64,000 nucleotides of DNA, from NCBI GenBank assembly GCA_963761305.1, contig CAVXGK010000002.1:416001-480000 (forward strand), in the 5' to 3' direction. This document shows positions 28,381-43,104 of the stretch, one piece after another (within the stretch, counting starts at the first letter, position 1; each line of letters starts with the position of its first letter). This stretch comes from an uncultured Gemmatimonadaceae bacterium. GTDB taxonomy: Bacteria; Gemmatimonadota; Gemmatimonadetes; Gemmatimonadales; Gemmatimonadaceae. The position numbers and the translations under genes are program-made. The notes beneath the pieces were generated by a model that saw only the letters and a program-made list of their open reading frames with translations, was not told the DNA's origin and made no database searches.

Positions 28381-29657
28381 TCGGGGTCTTTGTCGCGGCG
28401 TTCCAACTGGCGCAGTCGGCGCCCGGAGCGGCGCTCGTGGTGCGCGACGCGCACCACTCGATTCGCGTCGCGACGATCGCGACGGCGGCCGGGCGCATGC
28501 TGCGCCCCGACGGCCTCGCGCCGTTGCTGCCGGTCTCAGTGCGCCACGACTCCGCGGCGTGGTATTCACTCGAGGCGTGGGGCACGCGCGTCCAGGTCCA
28601 GGCGGGTTCGCCCTACGTACGCGTCGGCGCCCAGGTCCGCCAGCTCGCGTCGGCACCGGTCGTCTCGAACGGACGACTCATGGTGCCGCTCCAGATCCTG
28701 TCGGACGTATTTCCGGAGTTCGTTCCCAACACACGGTGGGACGCCGACGCGGGTGAGCTGGTCGTGTTCTCGACCGACATGGCGCCGGGCCCCGTCGTGG
28801 CGCGCGCCGAGCCGAGCGCTCCGGCTGCGCGCGACCGAGAATCGCTCACGACCTCGATCGCGTACGACGACGGTGTCCGTCGGCCGCCGGCGGCCTCGAA
28901 ACACGGCCGGAAAACCGTGATCGTGGATGCGGGGCACGGTGGCGTGGACGACGGTATGACCGGCCCGATCGGCGGCGGCCCCAAGATCTATGAAAAGGAC
29001 ATCACGCTCGCCGTGGCCAGACGGGTCGGCGCGCGACTGCAGGCCAAGGGCCTCGACGTCGTGTACACGCGCACGACGGACACGCTCATCTCGCTCGACG
29101 ACCGCGGCCGCATCGCCAACCGGAACGGCGGCGACCTGTTCATCTCGATTCACGTGAACGCCGCGAACCTCGGCTGGACGGATCCCGAAGGCGCCAGGGG
29201 CGTCGAGACGTACTTCCTCTCCGAGGCGCGGACCGAAGACGCGCGCCGCGTCGAGCGAATGGAGAACGCGGCCGTGCGGTTCGAGCAGAGCGGCCCCGGA
29301 CTCGACACCGGCGACCCGCTTAGTTTCATTCTCAGTGACATGCAGCAGAACGAGCACCTGCGTGAATCCAGCCACGTCGCCGAGCTCATTCAGCATCGCC
29401 TCGCGGCGGTCTCGCCGGGACCCAGCCGTGGCGTCAAGCAAGCGGGGTTTCGCGTGCTCGTGACGGCGTTCATGCCCGCTGTCCTCGTCGAGATCGGATT
29501 CGGCACGAATGGGCGCGAAGCGCGCTATCTCTCCGATCCGACGAAACAGGACTCGATCGCCTCGGCGATCGCGACCGCGGCCGAGCAGTACCTCGACAAC
29601 TACGAGCGCCGGGTCGACGGCGGCAAGTCCGGCACCGGCGGGAGCCAGAACCGGTGA
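28377..29657 (+). CDS. N-acetylmuramoyl-L-alanine amidase (Amidase_3) with N-terminal accessory domain
   Basis: VDAGHGGVD, EKDITL, LFISIHVNA and MPAVLVEIGF. Confidence 0.9.
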   Translation: MIGVFVAAFQLAQSAPGAALVVRDAHHSIRVATIATAAGRMLRPDGLAPLLPVSVRHDSAAWYSLEAWGTRVQVQAGSPYVRVGAQVRQLASAPVVSNGRLMVPLQILSDVFPEFVPNTRWDADAGELVVFSTDMAPGPVVARAEPSAPAARDRESLTTSIAYDDGVRRPPAASKHGRKTVIVDAGHGGVDDGMTGPIGGGPKIYEKDITLAVARRVGARLQAKGLDVVYTRTTDTLISLDDRGRIANRNGGDLFISIHVNAANLGWTDPEGARGVETYFLSEARTEDARRVERMENAAVRFEQSGPGLDTGDPLSFILSDMQQNEHLRESSHVAELIQHRLAAVSPGPSRGVKQAGFRVLVTAFMPAVLVEIGFGTNGREARYLSDPTKQDSIASAIATAAEQYLDNYERRVDGGKSGTGGSQNR

Positions 29658-30604
29658 CCTCGCGCCCGACGCTCGAGAGCGTCGTGAGCGGCCTGATATT
29701 TCAAAACCCTATCGTTCTCGCCTCCGGCACCGCGGGCTACGGAGCCGAGCTCGATCGCGTCGTCGAGCTCGAGTTGCTGGGCGGCTTCGTGACGAAGGCG
29801 GTGTCGGTCGAGCCGCGCGCCGGCGCGCCGGCGCCCCGCGTGGCGGAGTTCGAGGGTGGAATGATCAACGCGGTTGGGTTGGCGAACCCCGGCCTCGAGG
29901 TGGTGCGACGCGAGCATCTGCCATGGCTAGCAGGGCATCTGCCAGCGACGCGCAAGATCGCCAACGTCGTCGGCTTCGCGGTCGACGACTATCCGACCGT
30001 CATCGCGGGACTGGAGGAAGGCCTTGCCTCTGCCAACGCGCCGGCGATCGACGCGTACGAGCTGAACGTGAGCTGCCCGAACGTGAAGGCGGGCGGAATG
30101 GAGTTCGGTGCCGACCCGTCGGCCCTGCGCGCCGTCGTAGAGCGCGCCCGTCGTGAAACCAAGCGGCCGGTCTTCGTGAAGCTTTCGCCGACGCTGGAGC
30201 GAATCGGCGACGCCGCCAAGATCGCCGTCGACGCGGGCGCCGATGCGATCAGCGTCGTGAACACGATTCCAGGGCTGCTGATCGACGTCGAGCAGCGTCG
30301 CCCCGCGCTTGGATTCGGCACCGGCGGCGTGAGCGGGCCGGCGATTCTTCCGGTGGGTGTGCTCGCCACCTGGCGCGTCCACCGGGCGGTCCGCGTGCCG
30401 ATCCTCGGCGTCGGCGGTGTGGCGAACGGCCGCGACGCGCTCCAATACATCATGGCCGGCGCGTCGCTCGTGGGAATTGGCACGGCGGCGCTCCGCGATC
30501 CGCGCGCGCCGATGCGCGTCGTGCGCGAGATGACCTCGTGGTGCGAGTCGCACGGCGTCGCGCGCGTGACCGATGTGGTGGGCACCCTCGAGGGGCTCTC
30601 GTGA
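29654..30604 (+). CDS. pyrD: Dihydroorotate dehydrogenase, family 1 catalytic subunit
   Basis: NPIVLASGT, MINAVGLANPG, ELNVSCPN, VKLSP and GGVSGPAI. Confidence 0.93.
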   Translation: MTSRPTLESVVSGLIFQNPIVLASGTAGYGAELDRVVELELLGGFVTKAVSVEPRAGAPAPRVAEFEGGMINAVGLANPGLEVVRREHLPWLAGHLPATRKIANVVGFAVDDYPTVIAGLEEGLASANAPAIDAYELNVSCPNVKAGGMEFGADPSALRAVVERARRETKRPVFVKLSPTLERIGDAAKIAVDAGADAISVVNTIPGLLIDVEQRRPALGFGTGGVSGPAILPVGVLATWRVHRAVRVPILGVGGVANGRDALQYIMAGASLVGIGTAALRDPRAPMRVVREMTSWCESHGVARVTDVVGTLEGLS

Positions 30605-31287
30605 CGACGACGCCGATCGTCGCGCTCGACGTCTCGACGGCGTCCGCTGCGCTGGCCCTCGTGACAGAGCTCGGCGACTCCTGCCGGTTCTACAAGGTCG
30701 GCAACGAGCTGTTCACCGCGGCGGGGCCATCGGTGGTGACGGCGATCCGCGAGACGGGATGCGAGGTCTTTCTCGACCTCAAGTTCCACGACATTCCGAA
30801 CACCGTCGCCGGCGGAGTGCGGAACGCGGCCAAGCTCGGCGCGTCACTCGTGACGGTCCACGCGTCGGGCGGCGCGGCGATGATGCGCGCGGCGGTCAAT
30901 GCGGCCGGAACATGTCGAGTCCTCGCGGTCACGGTGCTGACATCTCTCACGACCGGGGAAGTCGCGCGCGCCTGGGGGCGTGACGCTTCGCTGAGCGTAG
31001 AGACCGAGGTGTTGAGGCTGAGCGACTTGGCTGCCGAGTGCGGAGCACACGGGATCGTTTGCGGAGGGCGCGAAGCCCGGCTCGTGCGCGACCGATTCGG
31101 GGACCGTCTGTCTGTTCTGGTTCCGGGCGTCCGGGCGGCGGGCAGCGATGCGCAGGATCAGGCGAGAGTGGTGACCCCGCGCGAGGCCGCCGATGCAGGG
31201 GCGCTCTATGTGGTGGTCGGCCGGATGGTCACGGGGGCCGAGGATCGGCGCGCGGCGATGCAGGCCGTGCGGCTCGCACTCGAATAG
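30601..31287 (+). CDS. pyrF: Orotidine-5'-phosphate decarboxylase
   Basis: IVALD, FLDLKFHDIPNT, AVTVLTS, PGVR and DQARV. Confidence 0.95.
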   Translation: MTTTPIVALDVSTASAALALVTELGDSCRFYKVGNELFTAAGPSVVTAIRETGCEVFLDLKFHDIPNTVAGGVRNAAKLGASLVTVHASGGAAMMRAAVNAAGTCRVLAVTVLTSLTTGEVARAWGRDASLSVETEVLRLSDLAAECGAHGIVCGGREARLVRDRFGDRLSVLVPGVRAAGSDAQDQARVVTPREAADAGALYVVVGRMVTGAEDRRAAMQAVRLALE

Positions 31288-31343
31288 CCGTGCCGGCGGC
31301 GCGGTGGATGGGCTCGGCCAACTATCGAGCTGGCGTCCTCCCC

Positions 31344-31372
31344 TTGATCGAAGTCTCGGTCTCATTTATTGT
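31344..31372 (+). promoter_or_regulatory. Candidate sigma70 promoter of the alpha ribosomal operon
   Basis: TTGATC-N17-TATTGT in an AT-enriched intergenic stretch about 65 nt upstream of rpmJ. Confidence 0.55.
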
Positions 31373-31398
31373 TAGGGTCTGTCTAGAAACGTCTTTCT

Positions 31399-31425
31399 CG
31401 ACGCACGAGCCGTGCGTCGTTTTTT
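31399..31425 (+). terminator. Terminator/attenuator-like hairpin just upstream of rpmJ
   Basis: CGACGCACG-AGC-CGTGCGTCG perfect 9-bp stem followed by T6. Confidence 0.55.
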
Positions 31426-31435
31426 CGGAGCGTCC

Positions 31436-31552
31436 GTGAAAGTTCGTACGAGCGTAAAGCCGATCTGTGAGCACTGCAAAGTCGTGAAGCGAAACGGCGT
31501 GACTCGCATCATCTGCAAGCGCAATCCCAAGCACAAGCAGCGTCAGGGCTGA
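31436..31552 (+). CDS. rpmJ: 50S ribosomal protein L36 (zinc-binding type); missing from ORF track
   Basis: GTG start after [42 protein letters not shown]. Confidence 0.97.
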   Translation: MKVRTSVKPICEHCKVVKRNGVTRIICKRNPKHKQRQG

Positions 31553-31557
31553 TCATC

Positions 31558-31935
31558 ATGGCTCGTATTGCTGGCGTCGATCTCCCTCGCGACAAGAAGG
31601 TCGAGATCGGTCTCACGTACATCTACGGCATCGGGCGAAAGAACGCCGCCGAGATCATCAAGAAGAGCGGTGTCGATGCGGCGCTACGCATTCGCGACCT
31701 CACCGACGCGGACGTGAACAAGATCCGCGGCGCGATCGAGCGCGAGTACAAAGTCGAGGGCGCGCTCCGCACCGAGGTCGCCATGAACATCAAGCGACTG
31801 ATGGACATCGGCTCGTACCGCGGCATCCGGCACCGCAAGGGGCTGCCGGTGCGCGGCCAGCGCACACACACGAACGCCCGCACGAAGAAGGGTCCGCGCC
31901 GCGCGATCGCCGGCAAGAAGAAGGTCACGAAGTAG
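31558..31935 (+). CDS. rpsM: 30S ribosomal protein S13
   Basis: [10 protein letters not shown]...[15 protein letters not shown]. Confidence 0.98.
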   Translation: MARIAGVDLPRDKKVEIGLTYIYGIGRKNAAEIIKKSGVDAALRIRDLTDADVNKIRGAIEREYKVEGALRTEVAMNIKRLMDIGSYRGIRHRKGLPVRGQRTHTNARTKKGPRRAIAGKKKVTK

Positions 31936-31940
31936 CTGCA

Positions 31941-31982
31941 GAATTCCGAGCGGAGGTGCGAAGCGCCGAAGCGAGGAACCAT
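31941..31982. repeat. 42-bp dispersed repeat, copy 1 (rpsM-rpsK spacer)
   Basis: GAATTCCGAGCGGAGGTGCGAAGCGCCGAAGCGAGGAACCAT; 41/42 identical to 33077-33118. Confidence 0.9.
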
Positions 31983-32020
31983 GAACGTCATCGCGACCAC
32001 GTAGAGAGAACTCATTTCGT

Positions 32021-32398
32021 ATGGCAACAGGGAAGAAGGCCAAGCGGGTGGTGGAGGCGGAGGGCATCGCGCACGTCAGCGCGACGTTCAACAACACGAC
32101 CATCACGATCACGGACTCGCACGGCAATGCCGTGTCGTGGGGCTCATCCGGCAAGGCGGGCTTCAAGGGGTCCAAGAAGAGCACGCCGTTCGCCGCGACC
32201 GTCGCGGCCGAGCAGTGCGCGCGCGAGGCGCTGACCGCAGGGGTCAAGCGCGTGCACGTGCGCGTGCAGGGTCCAGGCTCGGGACGCGAGTCGGCGATCC
32301 AGGCGCTCGCAACCGCCGGCCTCCAGGTCAAGTCGATCAAGGACGTGACGCCGATTCCGCACAACGGTTGCCGTCCGCCGAAGCGCCGGAGAGTCTGA
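32021..32398 (+). CDS. rpsK: 30S ribosomal protein S11
   Basis: [20 protein letters not shown] and [18 protein letters not shown]. Confidence 0.98.
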   Translation: MATGKKAKRVVEAEGIAHVSATFNNTTITITDSHGNAVSWGSSGKAGFKGSKKSTPFAATVAAEQCAREALTAGVKRVHVRVQGPGSGRESAIQALATAGLQVKSIKDVTPIPHNGCRPPKRRRV

Positions 32399-32401
32399 GC
32401 C

Positions 32402-33042
32402 ATGGGTCGCTACACGGGTCCCAGCTGCAGGCAGTGCCGCCGGGAAGGGACCAAGCTCTTCCTCAAGGGCACCAAGTGCTTCACGGAGAAGTGCCCGGTC
32501 GAACGTCGTCCGTATGCGCCTGGCCAGCACGGCCAGAGCACGGCGCGCCGCCGCAAGGCGTCGGAGTACTCGAAGCAGCTCCGCGAGAAGCAGAAGATCA
32601 AGCGCATGTACGGGCTGAGCGAGCAACAGTTCCGCAACACGTTCGAGCAAGGTGACGACGCTGCCGGGGATCACGGGCCACAACCTTCTCGCAGCACTGG
32701 AGAGTCGGCTCGATAACATGATCTATCGCATGGGGTTCGCCGCCAGCCGTAAGGGGGCGCGTCAGCTCATTCGGCACCGCCACGTCGAAGTGAATGGCAA
32801 GACGGTGGACATCCCGAGCTTTGCCGTCGCGCCGGGGCAGGAAGTGCGCATCCGGCAGAACGTCGCGCGAGATGGTCGTCGGTGCTTCAGTCGCATGGAG
32901 CAGTCGTCGCGTGCCCCGTCGCTGTCGTGGCTGGCGGTGGATCGCGAGCACATTCAGTGGCCGGATGTTGGAGCGCCCACAGCGCCCGAGCATCCCGATC
33001 GCGGCGCAGGAGCAACTGGTCGTCGAGCTCTACTCGAAGTGA
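32402..33042 (+). CDS. rpsD: 30S ribosomal protein S4 with several apparent frameshifts (~32649, ~32862, ~32885, ~32950)
   Basis: [29 protein letters not shown] and [10 protein letters not shown] lie in different frames. Confidence 0.95.
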
Positions 33043-33076
33043 CCTGAGCGCGGCCGCGCGCCAAAGGTCGGATGCC

Positions 33077-33118
33077 GAATTCCGAGCGGAGGTGCGCAGC
33101 GCCGAAGCGAGGAACCAT
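33077..33118. repeat. 42-bp dispersed repeat, copy 2 (rpsD-rpoA spacer)
   Basis: GAATTCCGAGCGGAGGTGCGCAGCGCCGAAGCGAGGAACCAT. Confidence 0.9.
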
Positions 33119-33241
33119 CAGGCAGTTGTAGTCAGTACCGAATCATCGGTCGGGACCCTTACTCCCTCTCGAGTCTGCCGCGCGTAAGGGGCGAGGCAGA
33201 GCGATGCCGGGCAACCGGCAAGACCCTAGGAACGCCATCAC

Positions 33242-34316
33242 ATGCCGAACACGATCGACCTCCGCGGGCTCGTTCGCCCGCAGCTCGTTGAATCCACCAA
33301 GCGCGACGACAACCCGAACGTCGCCGAGTTCCGCCTCCAGCCACTGGAACGCGGATTCGGCCACACACTCGGCAACTCGATGCGCCGCATGCTCCTCTCG
33401 TCCCTCCGTGGCGCCGCGGTCTGGGCGTTCCGCATCGACGGGGTGGTGCACGAGCACCAGACCATCCCGGGCGTCGTCGAAGACGTCCACCAGATCATCG
33501 CCAACCTCAAGTCGCTGACGCTCACGCTGCCAGAAGACGTCGAGGAAGTGGTTCTTCGCATCACCCGCACCGAGTCGGGCGCGGTCACCGCGGGCGACAT
33601 CAACGCCACCGGCGGCGTCCCGCGTCATCGATCCGGCGCAGCACCTGTTCACGCTCCAGGACGACCGCGACCTCAACGTCGACCTGTACGTGAACAAGGG
33701 ACGCGGATACATCGAGGCCGATCAGCATCCGATCGACCGCGGGCTGCCCGTCGACCTCGTTCGCATCGACTCGATCTACAACCCGGTTCGCCGCGCCAAC
33801 TTCACCGTCGCCGAAACCCGCGTCGGTCAGCGCACCGACTACGATCGCCTCGTCCTGACCGTCGAAACCAACGGGACGATTTCGCCCGAAGAGGCGGTGA
33901 GCTACGCGGCCGCCCTGGCGCAGACGCACTTCCAGTATTTCGCCGACTTCGGTACGCACGCGCTCGCGCCGATCGGCTTCGACGGCGACTCCGCGTCCGG
34001 AGACGGCCCGCGTCTGGGCAGCCTGCTTCGCACGCCGATCGACGACCTCGAGCTGTCCGTCCGCTCGGTGAACTCGCTCAAGAATTCCAACATTCGCACG
34101 CTGGGCGACCTGGTTCGCCAGACCGAGAGCCAGATCCTGCAGGTCAAGAACTTCGGAAAGAAGTCGCTCCAGGAGATCGCCGATCTGCTCGAGCGCGAGA
34201 GCTTGAATTTCGGAATGCGCTTCGAGGAAGGTGGTGACGGCAGCGTTCGTGTCCTCGATACGGGCACGCCGCCGAGCCGAGCCGCCGCCGCCGCGCCCGA
34301 CGACATGGAGGAGTAA
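33242..34316 (+). CDS. rpoA: RNA polymerase alpha subunit, one apparent +1 frameshift near 33620
   Basis: [22 protein letters not shown], then [11 protein letters not shown] and [11 protein letters not shown]...KNFGKKSL in the next frame. Confidence 0.96.
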
Positions 34317-34321
34317 CAGCA

Positions 34322-34691
34322 ATGCGGCATCGTAAAGCGGGGCGCCAGCTTCGCCGGACCAGCGAACAGAAGCTCGCGCTCATGCGCAACCTCGCGTCGT
34401 CGCTCATCGAGCACGGCGCGATCGAGACGACCGAGGCCAAGGCGAAAGAGCTGCGGCCGTTCGTCGAGAAACTGATCACCAAGGCGCGCGTCGGGGACGC
34501 TCCACGACCGCCGCCTGGCCGTTCGCCACATCCACAAGCGCGAAACCGCCGACAAGCTATTCCAGGAAGTCGGCCCGGCGTTCGCGAAGCGGAAGGGCGG
34601 CTACACGCGCATTCTCAAGACCGGGCACCGCAAGGGTGACGGCGCCGAAATGGCGCGCATCGAGCTCGTCCCGGCGGTCAAGGAGAGCTGA
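34322..34691 (+). CDS. rplQ: 50S ribosomal protein L17, apparent +1 frameshift near 34494
   Basis: [10 protein letters not shown]...[20 protein letters not shown], then [24 protein letters not shown] after the shift. Confidence 0.95.
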
Positions 34692-34693
34692 CG

Positions 34694-34913
34694 ATGGCCA
34701 TTCAACGACACAAGTGCTTCACCTGCGGCAAGGGCGTCGCGTTCGGGAACAACGTCTCGCACGCGAACAACAAGACGCGCCGCACCTGGAAGCCGAATCT
34801 GCAGGTCGTTCGCACCATGGTCGACGGCAAAGATGCAGAAGGTGAAGGTCTGTACGCGCTGCCTCGCCGCCGGAAAAATCAAGCGCGCGCCGCGCGGGCA
34901 GGCGGTCGCCTGA
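34694..34913 (+). CDS. rpmB: 50S ribosomal protein L28 (Cys-containing), apparent +1 frameshift near 34829
   Basis: [30 protein letters not shown], then [17 protein letters not shown] after the shift. Confidence 0.93.
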
Positions 34914-34943
34914 CCGATGCGTCGCCGCTTCGACCCTGAACGT

Positions 34944-34978
34944 AAAGAAGGGGGAGCTTTCGAAGCTCCCCTTTTTTT
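34944..34978 (+). terminator. Intrinsic terminator after rpmB
   Basis: AAAGAAGGGGGAGCTT-TCG-AAGCTCCCC followed by T7. Confidence 0.9.
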
Positions 34979-35038
34979 CGATATTCGATAGCGGCCGTTC
35001 TCCGTACTCCGCCTCCGCACTCCGCACACGCTGACTGA

Positions 35039-40236
<5,198 letters not shown>

Positions 40237-40240
<4 letters not shown>

Positions 40241-40845
40241 TCGGTGAGGGCGTGTTCATTCACCAATCGGCCTACGTGGACGAAGGCGCCGTCGTCGGCG
40301 AAGGGACCAAGATCTGGCACTTCTGCCACGTCATGCCCGGCGCCGTGATCGGCGAACGTTGCAGCCTCGGGCAGAACGTGGTCGTGATGAACGGCACGCG
40401 CATGGGCCGCAATTGCAAGATCCAGAACAACGTGTCGATCTACGAAGGCGTGGAGCTCGAGGACGACGTGTTCTGCGGGCCGTCGATGGTGTTCACCAAC
40501 GTGATGAATCCGCGGAGCCACGTGCCCCGCCGAAACGAGTACCGCAAAACGCTCGTGCGCCGCGGCGCGTCGATCGGCGCCAACGCGACGATCGTGTGCG
40601 GCGTGACGCTCGGCGAGTACGCGTTCGTCGGCGCCGGCGCCGTGGTGACGAAGGACGTGCCATCCTATGCGCTCATGGCCGGCGTCCCGGCGCGGCGCAT
40701 CGGATGGATGTGCCAGTGCGGCGAGCGGTTGAGCGACTCGGGCGCCGGCCGCTGCGCGGCGTGCGGGACGACGTACGAGAAAGCGGGAGATGGCATCCGC
40801 GAAGTCTCACGCGGAGCCGGCGGCGGTCGGGGAGAATCCAAATGA
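40237..40845 (+). CDS. Hexapeptide-repeat sugar N-acetyltransferase (WbpD/WlbB-like)
   Basis: [28 protein letters not shown] and [11 protein letters not shown]. Confidence 0.88.
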
Positions 40846-41915
40846 GCCTAGACGACGCTCCGCGATCGTTCCGTCTCGCGCTGGTGGGATGCGGCCGAAT
40901 CAGCAAGACGCACTTCGAGGCGCTCGAGAAGGTCGACGGCCTGACCGTCACCGCCGTGTGCGACATCGACGGCGCGCGCGCGCAGAAGGCAGGCGAAGAG
41001 CAGGGCGTGCCGTGGTACCGCACGCTCGACGAAATGCTCAAGACGTCGGGCCCCGAGATCGACGTCGTTTCGATCTGCACGCCGTCGGGACTGCACGCCG
41101 CGCAAGGCGCGGTCGTCGCGCGCGCCGGCAAACACGTGGTGAGCGAAAAGCCGATGGCGCTCTCCCTCGCGCAAGCCGACAGGCTGCTGCGCGCGTGCGA
41201 GGCCGCCGGCGTGCAGCTCTTCGTCGTCAAGCAGAATCGCTTGAATCCGCCGATTCAGCTGCTCAAGCGCGCGATCGACAAGGAGCGTTTCGGCCGCATC
41301 TATCTCGCCAACGTCACCGTGCGGTGGCAGCGTCCGCAGGAGTACTACGACGCCGAGCCGTGGCGGGGCACCTGGGAATTCGACGGCGGCGCGATCATGA
41401 ATCAGGCGTCACACTACGTGGATCTGATTCAGTGGCTCGTCGGTCCGGTGGAAAGCGTGATGGCCAAGACGGCGACGCAGGCGCGTCGCATCGAAGCGGA
41501 GGACTCCGGCGTCGCCATCCTCAAGTTCCGGTCGGGCGCGCTGGGCGTGATCGAGGTGAACGTCCTCACGTATCCGAAGAATCTCGAAGGCTCCATCACG
41601 ATTCTCGGCGAGCGCGGAACGGTGAAAATCGGCGGCACCGCCGTGAACCGCGTCGAACACTGGTCGTTCGCCGACTCGGATCCGGATGATCAGCTCATCG
41701 AGTCGGTGAACACGAATCCGCCGAACGTCTACGGCTTTGGCCACGAGGGGTACTACCGAAACGTGCTCGCGGTGCTGCGCGGCGAAGCGCGCCCCGACAC
41801 GGACGGACACGCCGGGCGCAAATCGCTCGAGCTGATCCTGGGTATCTACGAGGCGGATCGCATGATGCGCGAGGTGCAGATCCCTCGGCGCGACGAGAGC
41901 GTGGGCCTTCGTTGA
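40842..41915 (+). CDS. Gfo/Idh/MocA oxidoreductase (WbpB/WlbA-like UDP-GlcNAcA 3-dehydrogenase)
   Basis: [26 protein letters not shown] and [15 protein letters not shown]. Confidence 0.88.
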   Translation: MSLDDAPRSFRLALVGCGRISKTHFEALEKVDGLTVTAVCDIDGARAQKAGEEQGVPWYRTLDEMLKTSGPEIDVVSICTPSGLHAAQGAVVARAGKHVVSEKPMALSLAQADRLLRACEAAGVQLFVVKQNRLNPPIQLLKRAIDKERFGRIYLANVTVRWQRPQEYYDAEPWRGTWEFDGGAIMNQASHYVDLIQWLVGPVESVMAKTATQARRIEAEDSGVAILKFRSGALGVIEVNVLTYPKNLEGSITILGERGTVKIGGTAVNRVEHWSFADSDPDDQLIESVNTNPPNVYGFGHEGYYRNVLAVLRGEARPDTDGHAGRKSLELILGIYEADRMMREVQIPRRDESVGLR

Positions 41916-41991
41916 CTGAAACCGTCGCCCCGGTGATCCTTCACGTCTGGTCCTGATACTCCATACTCTCGAACATTTCACGACGGAAGCC

Positions 41992-43104
41992 ATGCCGGTT
42001 CCTCTGTTGGATTTGCGGGCGCAGCACGAGACGATTCGCGCCGAAGTCGCCACGGCGATCTCGGGGATCGTCGAGTCGCAGCTGTTCATTCTGGGCGCGC
42101 CGGTGGAGCAGCTCGAGCGCGAGGTCGCCGCGTTGTCGCACACCAAGTACGCCGTCGGCTGCGCGAGCGGCACCGACGCCCTGTTGCTGGCGTTGCGCGC
42201 CTTGGACGTCGGTCCGGGCGACGAAATCATCACCACGCCGTTCACGTTTTTCGCGACGGCCGGCACGATTCACAATGCCGGCGGGCGCCCGGTGTTCGTG
42301 GACATCGATCCCGAGACGTTCAACATCCTGCCCGAGGCGGCGGCCGCGGCGCGCACGTCGCGCACCAAAGCCGTGATGCCGGTCGATCTCTTCGGCCAAA
42401 TGGCGCCGATCGAACGCGTAATGACGGCGATGCGGGGCGTGCCGGTCATCGAAGACGCCGCGCAGACCATCGGCGCGCGCCGTTCGATCGACGGCGAGTG
42501 GCGCATGGCCGGCGAAGTCGCCACGATCGGGACGTTCAGCTTCTTCCCGTCGAAGAACCTGGGCGCGTTCGGGGACGGCGGGATGATGGTCACGCAGGAT
42601 GAAGCGTTGGCGGCGCGCCTCAGGCGCCTTCGGATGCACGGCGGTGCCAAGATGTACTTCCACGACGAGGTCGGGTTCAACAGCCGCCTCGACGCTCTCC
42701 AGGCCGCCATCCTGAGCGCCAAGCTGCCCCGCCTCCAGGGGTGGAGCGCCAAGCGTCGCAGCAACGCCGCCTACTACGACGAAGCGTTGCGCGGCGTCGA
42801 CGGCGTCGTCACTCCCGTGGTCGATCCGGCCAACGAATCGATCTTCAATCAGTATACGATTCGCGCCGACCGGCGCGACGCGCTGCAGGGCTTCCTCAAG
42901 GAACGCGGCATCGGAAGCGCCGTCTACTATCCGCTGCCGCTCCATCTGCAGCCCTGCTTTCAGTATTTGGGCTACCAAAAGGGTGCGTGTCCCGAGTCGG
43001 AGCGCGCCGCGAACGAGGTATTGTCGTTGCCGATCTATCCGGAACTGACCCGCGACCAGCAGGACGAAGTCGTTTCCACGATCCGAGCGTTCTATGGCCG
43101 CTGA
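41992..43104 (+). CDS. DegT/DnrJ/EryC1/StrS aminotransferase (WbpE/WlbC-like)
   Basis: ASGTDAL, IEDAAQ, SFFPSKNLGAFGDGG and NSRLDALQA. Confidence 0.92.
   Translation: MPVPLLDLRAQHETIRAEVATAISGIVESQLFILGAPVEQLEREVAALSHTKYAVGCASGTDALLLALRALDVGPGDEIITTPFTFFATAGTIHNAGGRPVFVDIDPETFNILPEAAAAARTSRTKAVMPVDLFGQMAPIERVMTAMRGVPVIEDAAQTIGARRSIDGEWRMAGEVATIGTFSFFPSKNLGAFGDGGMMVTQDEALAARLRRLRMHGGAKMYFHDEVGFNSRLDALQAAILSAKLPRLQGWSAKRRSNAAYYDEALRGVDGVVTPVVDPANESIFNQYTIRADRRDALQGFLKERGIGSAVYYPLPLHLQPCFQYLGYQKGACPESERAANEVLSLPIYPELTRDQQDEVVSTIRAFYGR

Noticed and set aside
32402..34913. Pseudogenes or programmed frameshifting in rpsD, rpoA, rplQ and rpmB
   Set aside because: These are essential genes with otherwise intact sequence and no shared slippery motif; sequencing error is the simpler explanation
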